Assembly: GCA_002269645.1 (NCBI GenBank)
Contig: NIVC01000292.1
Location: forward strand, 620,001-684,000
Length of the DNA: 64,000 bases
Direction of reading: 5' to 3'
Source: Macrostomum lignano
Taxonomy: Eukaryota
Numbering within the stretch: position 1 is the first letter of the stretch; every line of letters starts with the position of its first letter. A program made the translations under genes and the position numbers. Of the stretch, positions 61,936 through 64,000 are shown piece after piece. Under the pieces are notes generated by a model that made no database searches, was not told the origin of the DNA, and worked only from the letters and a program-made list of their open reading frames with translations.

Positions 61936-62357
61936 AGAGTACCAAACAGACGCAAGCACCAACACAGATGCGGCGCCAAAAAGGGCCGGCTGATTTCTCA
62001 ACAGGCTGAGGTAAAATTCCAGAGTGCGTAGCTTCCGCTTTTGTTGTCATCATTGCGGTTTTTATTATCGTTGACATTGATATTTTCCTTATTGCTGCTG
62101 TTCGGACTAACTGAAGGTGAACAGGAACACTAATCCCGCTAACGGGGACGCTAACGAGAACTGAACTGTTGTGCTGTTCAAGTTCAATTAATCTAAGACT
62201 CATTTAGTCGAAAAACCAGTTAATCAATGACTTCAGATTCTTGCCGTCTAATCTGCTGTATAAACTGCATACGAAGACATTATCTACGAGGGTGCTGCGA
62301 TACCAGCTATTACTCTAGCCGCAACGCTAATATTGTCCCTTTAAGCAGGCGGCTCAC

Positions 62358-64000
62358 GCATCATGTTGTCCCTCAGCAGAACTACTCTGCAGACGGCTGT
62401 CCTCCATCGCCTCACGCAGCCTCTCCTCCTCCCGCAGCTCGGCGATGCAGCCCAGCATCCGCTCCGACCGGCTGTTCTTCTTTGCGTAGTCCGCCACCGA
62501 CTGTCCCTGCCGGTCCTGCAAGTCAAAGGCGGCGACGCCCAGCGAGTCCCTGACGAGCCGCAGCGAGTCCTCGCCTTGGTGCTGAGCTGCCAGGTGCGCA
62601 GCCGCGATGCCCTCGGCGTCCCTCAGCTTCAGACAGTCGGCTCCCAGCTGACCGACAATCCACCTTAGCGCAGAGACGCTGTTGGTGTTGATGGCCGCGA
62701 AGTGAACTGCTGTTCGCTGCTTGTCACCTGGCAGCTTGAGACAGTCCGGTCCGAGTGAGCTCACCGCCAGCTGCATCGACTTCTCATCTTGATGCTGAGC
62801 GGCACAGTGAACTGGAGTGTCACCATCTCTGTCTACTTGAGTCAGGCACTGGGAGCCCAGTTCTCTGACACACCAGGCCAGTGTCGCATTGCTGCCTGTA
62901 TTTTGTGCAGCAAAATGAGCTGCAGTTCGGTCAAAGCGATCGCGAAAATGGAAAATTTCGATTCCGAGCAGGCCCTTCATCAAGTCCATTGAGTATTCAC
63001 CCTGGTAAACTGCCACCAAGTGACAGACCGTCAATCTGATGTCATCCTTCTTCATGAGAGCCTCCAAACCGAGCTCATTGATCAGCCACTGGAGCGACGA
63101 GTTTGAGACCTTGTTGCAAGCAGCACAGTGAACTGTGGTGCGACCTTGCCACCCGCGCTGACGGAAGCAGTCGGTACCGAGTTTAGATTTAATAAACTGC
63201 ATCGAATCTGAGTTCTGAAACTGGGCGGTCATATGAACGACTGTCAATCGAATGTCATCCTTCTCCCTCAGAGAGTCCGAGCCGAGTTCACCGACCAGCC
63301 ACTTGAGCGACGAGTTTGAGACCTCGTCGCAAGCCGCCCTGTGAACTGCGGTGTGTCCTTTGAATCCACGCTGACGGAAGCAGTCGGAACCGAGCTTCGA
63401 TTTAATAAACTGCATTGAATCTGAGCTCTGAAACTCGGCGGCCAGATGAACGACTGTCGAGCCATCGTCATCCTTCTCGGTGAGAGAGTCTGAGCCGAGC
63501 TCATCAATCAGCCACTTGAGCGACGAATTTGAAACCTCGTTATAAGCAGCATAGTGAACTGTGGTGCGACCAAGCCACCCGCGCTGACGGAAGCAGTCGG
63601 AACCGAGCTTCGATTTAACAAACTGCATCGAATCTGAGCTTTGACACTCGGCAGCCAGATGAACGACTATCGAGCCATCGTCATCCTTCTCGGTGAGAGA
63701 GTCTGAGCCGAGCTCATCAATCAGCCACTTGAGCGACGAATTTGAAACCTCGTTACAAGCAGCCCTGTGAACTGCGGTGCGACCAAGCCACCCGCGCTTA
63801 CGGAAGCAGTCGGAACCGAGCTTCGATTTAATAAACTGCATCGAATCTGCGTTTTGAAACTGGGCGGCCAAATGAACGACTGTCGAGCCATCGTCATCCT
63901 TCTCCATTAGAGATTCTGACCCGAACTCTCTGATCAGCCACTTCAGCGACTTGTTGCTATGCTCATTCATGGCAGCATAGTGAAACACTGAGCGACCAAA
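62358..64000 (-). CDS. Ankyrin-kinase B, exon 1 (5' end beyond window): ankyrin array with 213-bp units
   Basis: GSTVVHLAA / TAVHRAA repeats; C-terminal LRLVRDSLG..AFD..D..GQSVADYA homologous to A; GC|gtgagc donor, phase 2. Confidence 0.9.

Overview
Eukaryotic (animal) genomic DNA. GC-rich exons are separated by introns filled almost entirely with mini- and microsatellites, an architecture resembling the flatworm Macrostomum (inference only). Host genes: (1) a 12-exon phosphorylase kinase alpha subunit (PHKA, minus strand, 3082-23492, ending in the CaaX motif CAVQ); (2) a divergent 5-exon glutamine synthetase (plus strand, 27180-34793); (3) two paralogous ankyrin-repeat/MAP3K-like kinase genes (minus strand); (4) the 3' exons of a discoidin domain receptor (DDR) kinase. 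Mobile DNA: three defective Mag-like Ty3/Gypsy elements, a further pol relic, an RTE-like 3' fragment, a tailed retroposon, and a hAT-type MITE carrying a 28S-rRNA-like fragment. The standout is a very young 10.6-kb LTR element (37997-48568; 857/856-bp LTRs differing by about 1 nt, 4-bp TSD). Its order is Gag - internal signal - class III (gB-like) envelope - TM - ESCRT late-domain cluster (LYPSI/PTAP/PPNY) - PR-RT-RH-IN, followed by a small MGxxxS tandem-RING ORF. All five frame breaks in its coding region are -1 steps, so it may encode one ~2,490-aa Gag-Env-Pol polyprotein. Coordinates were counted by hand (repeat boundaries are approximate, +/-10 nt) and no database searches were run.
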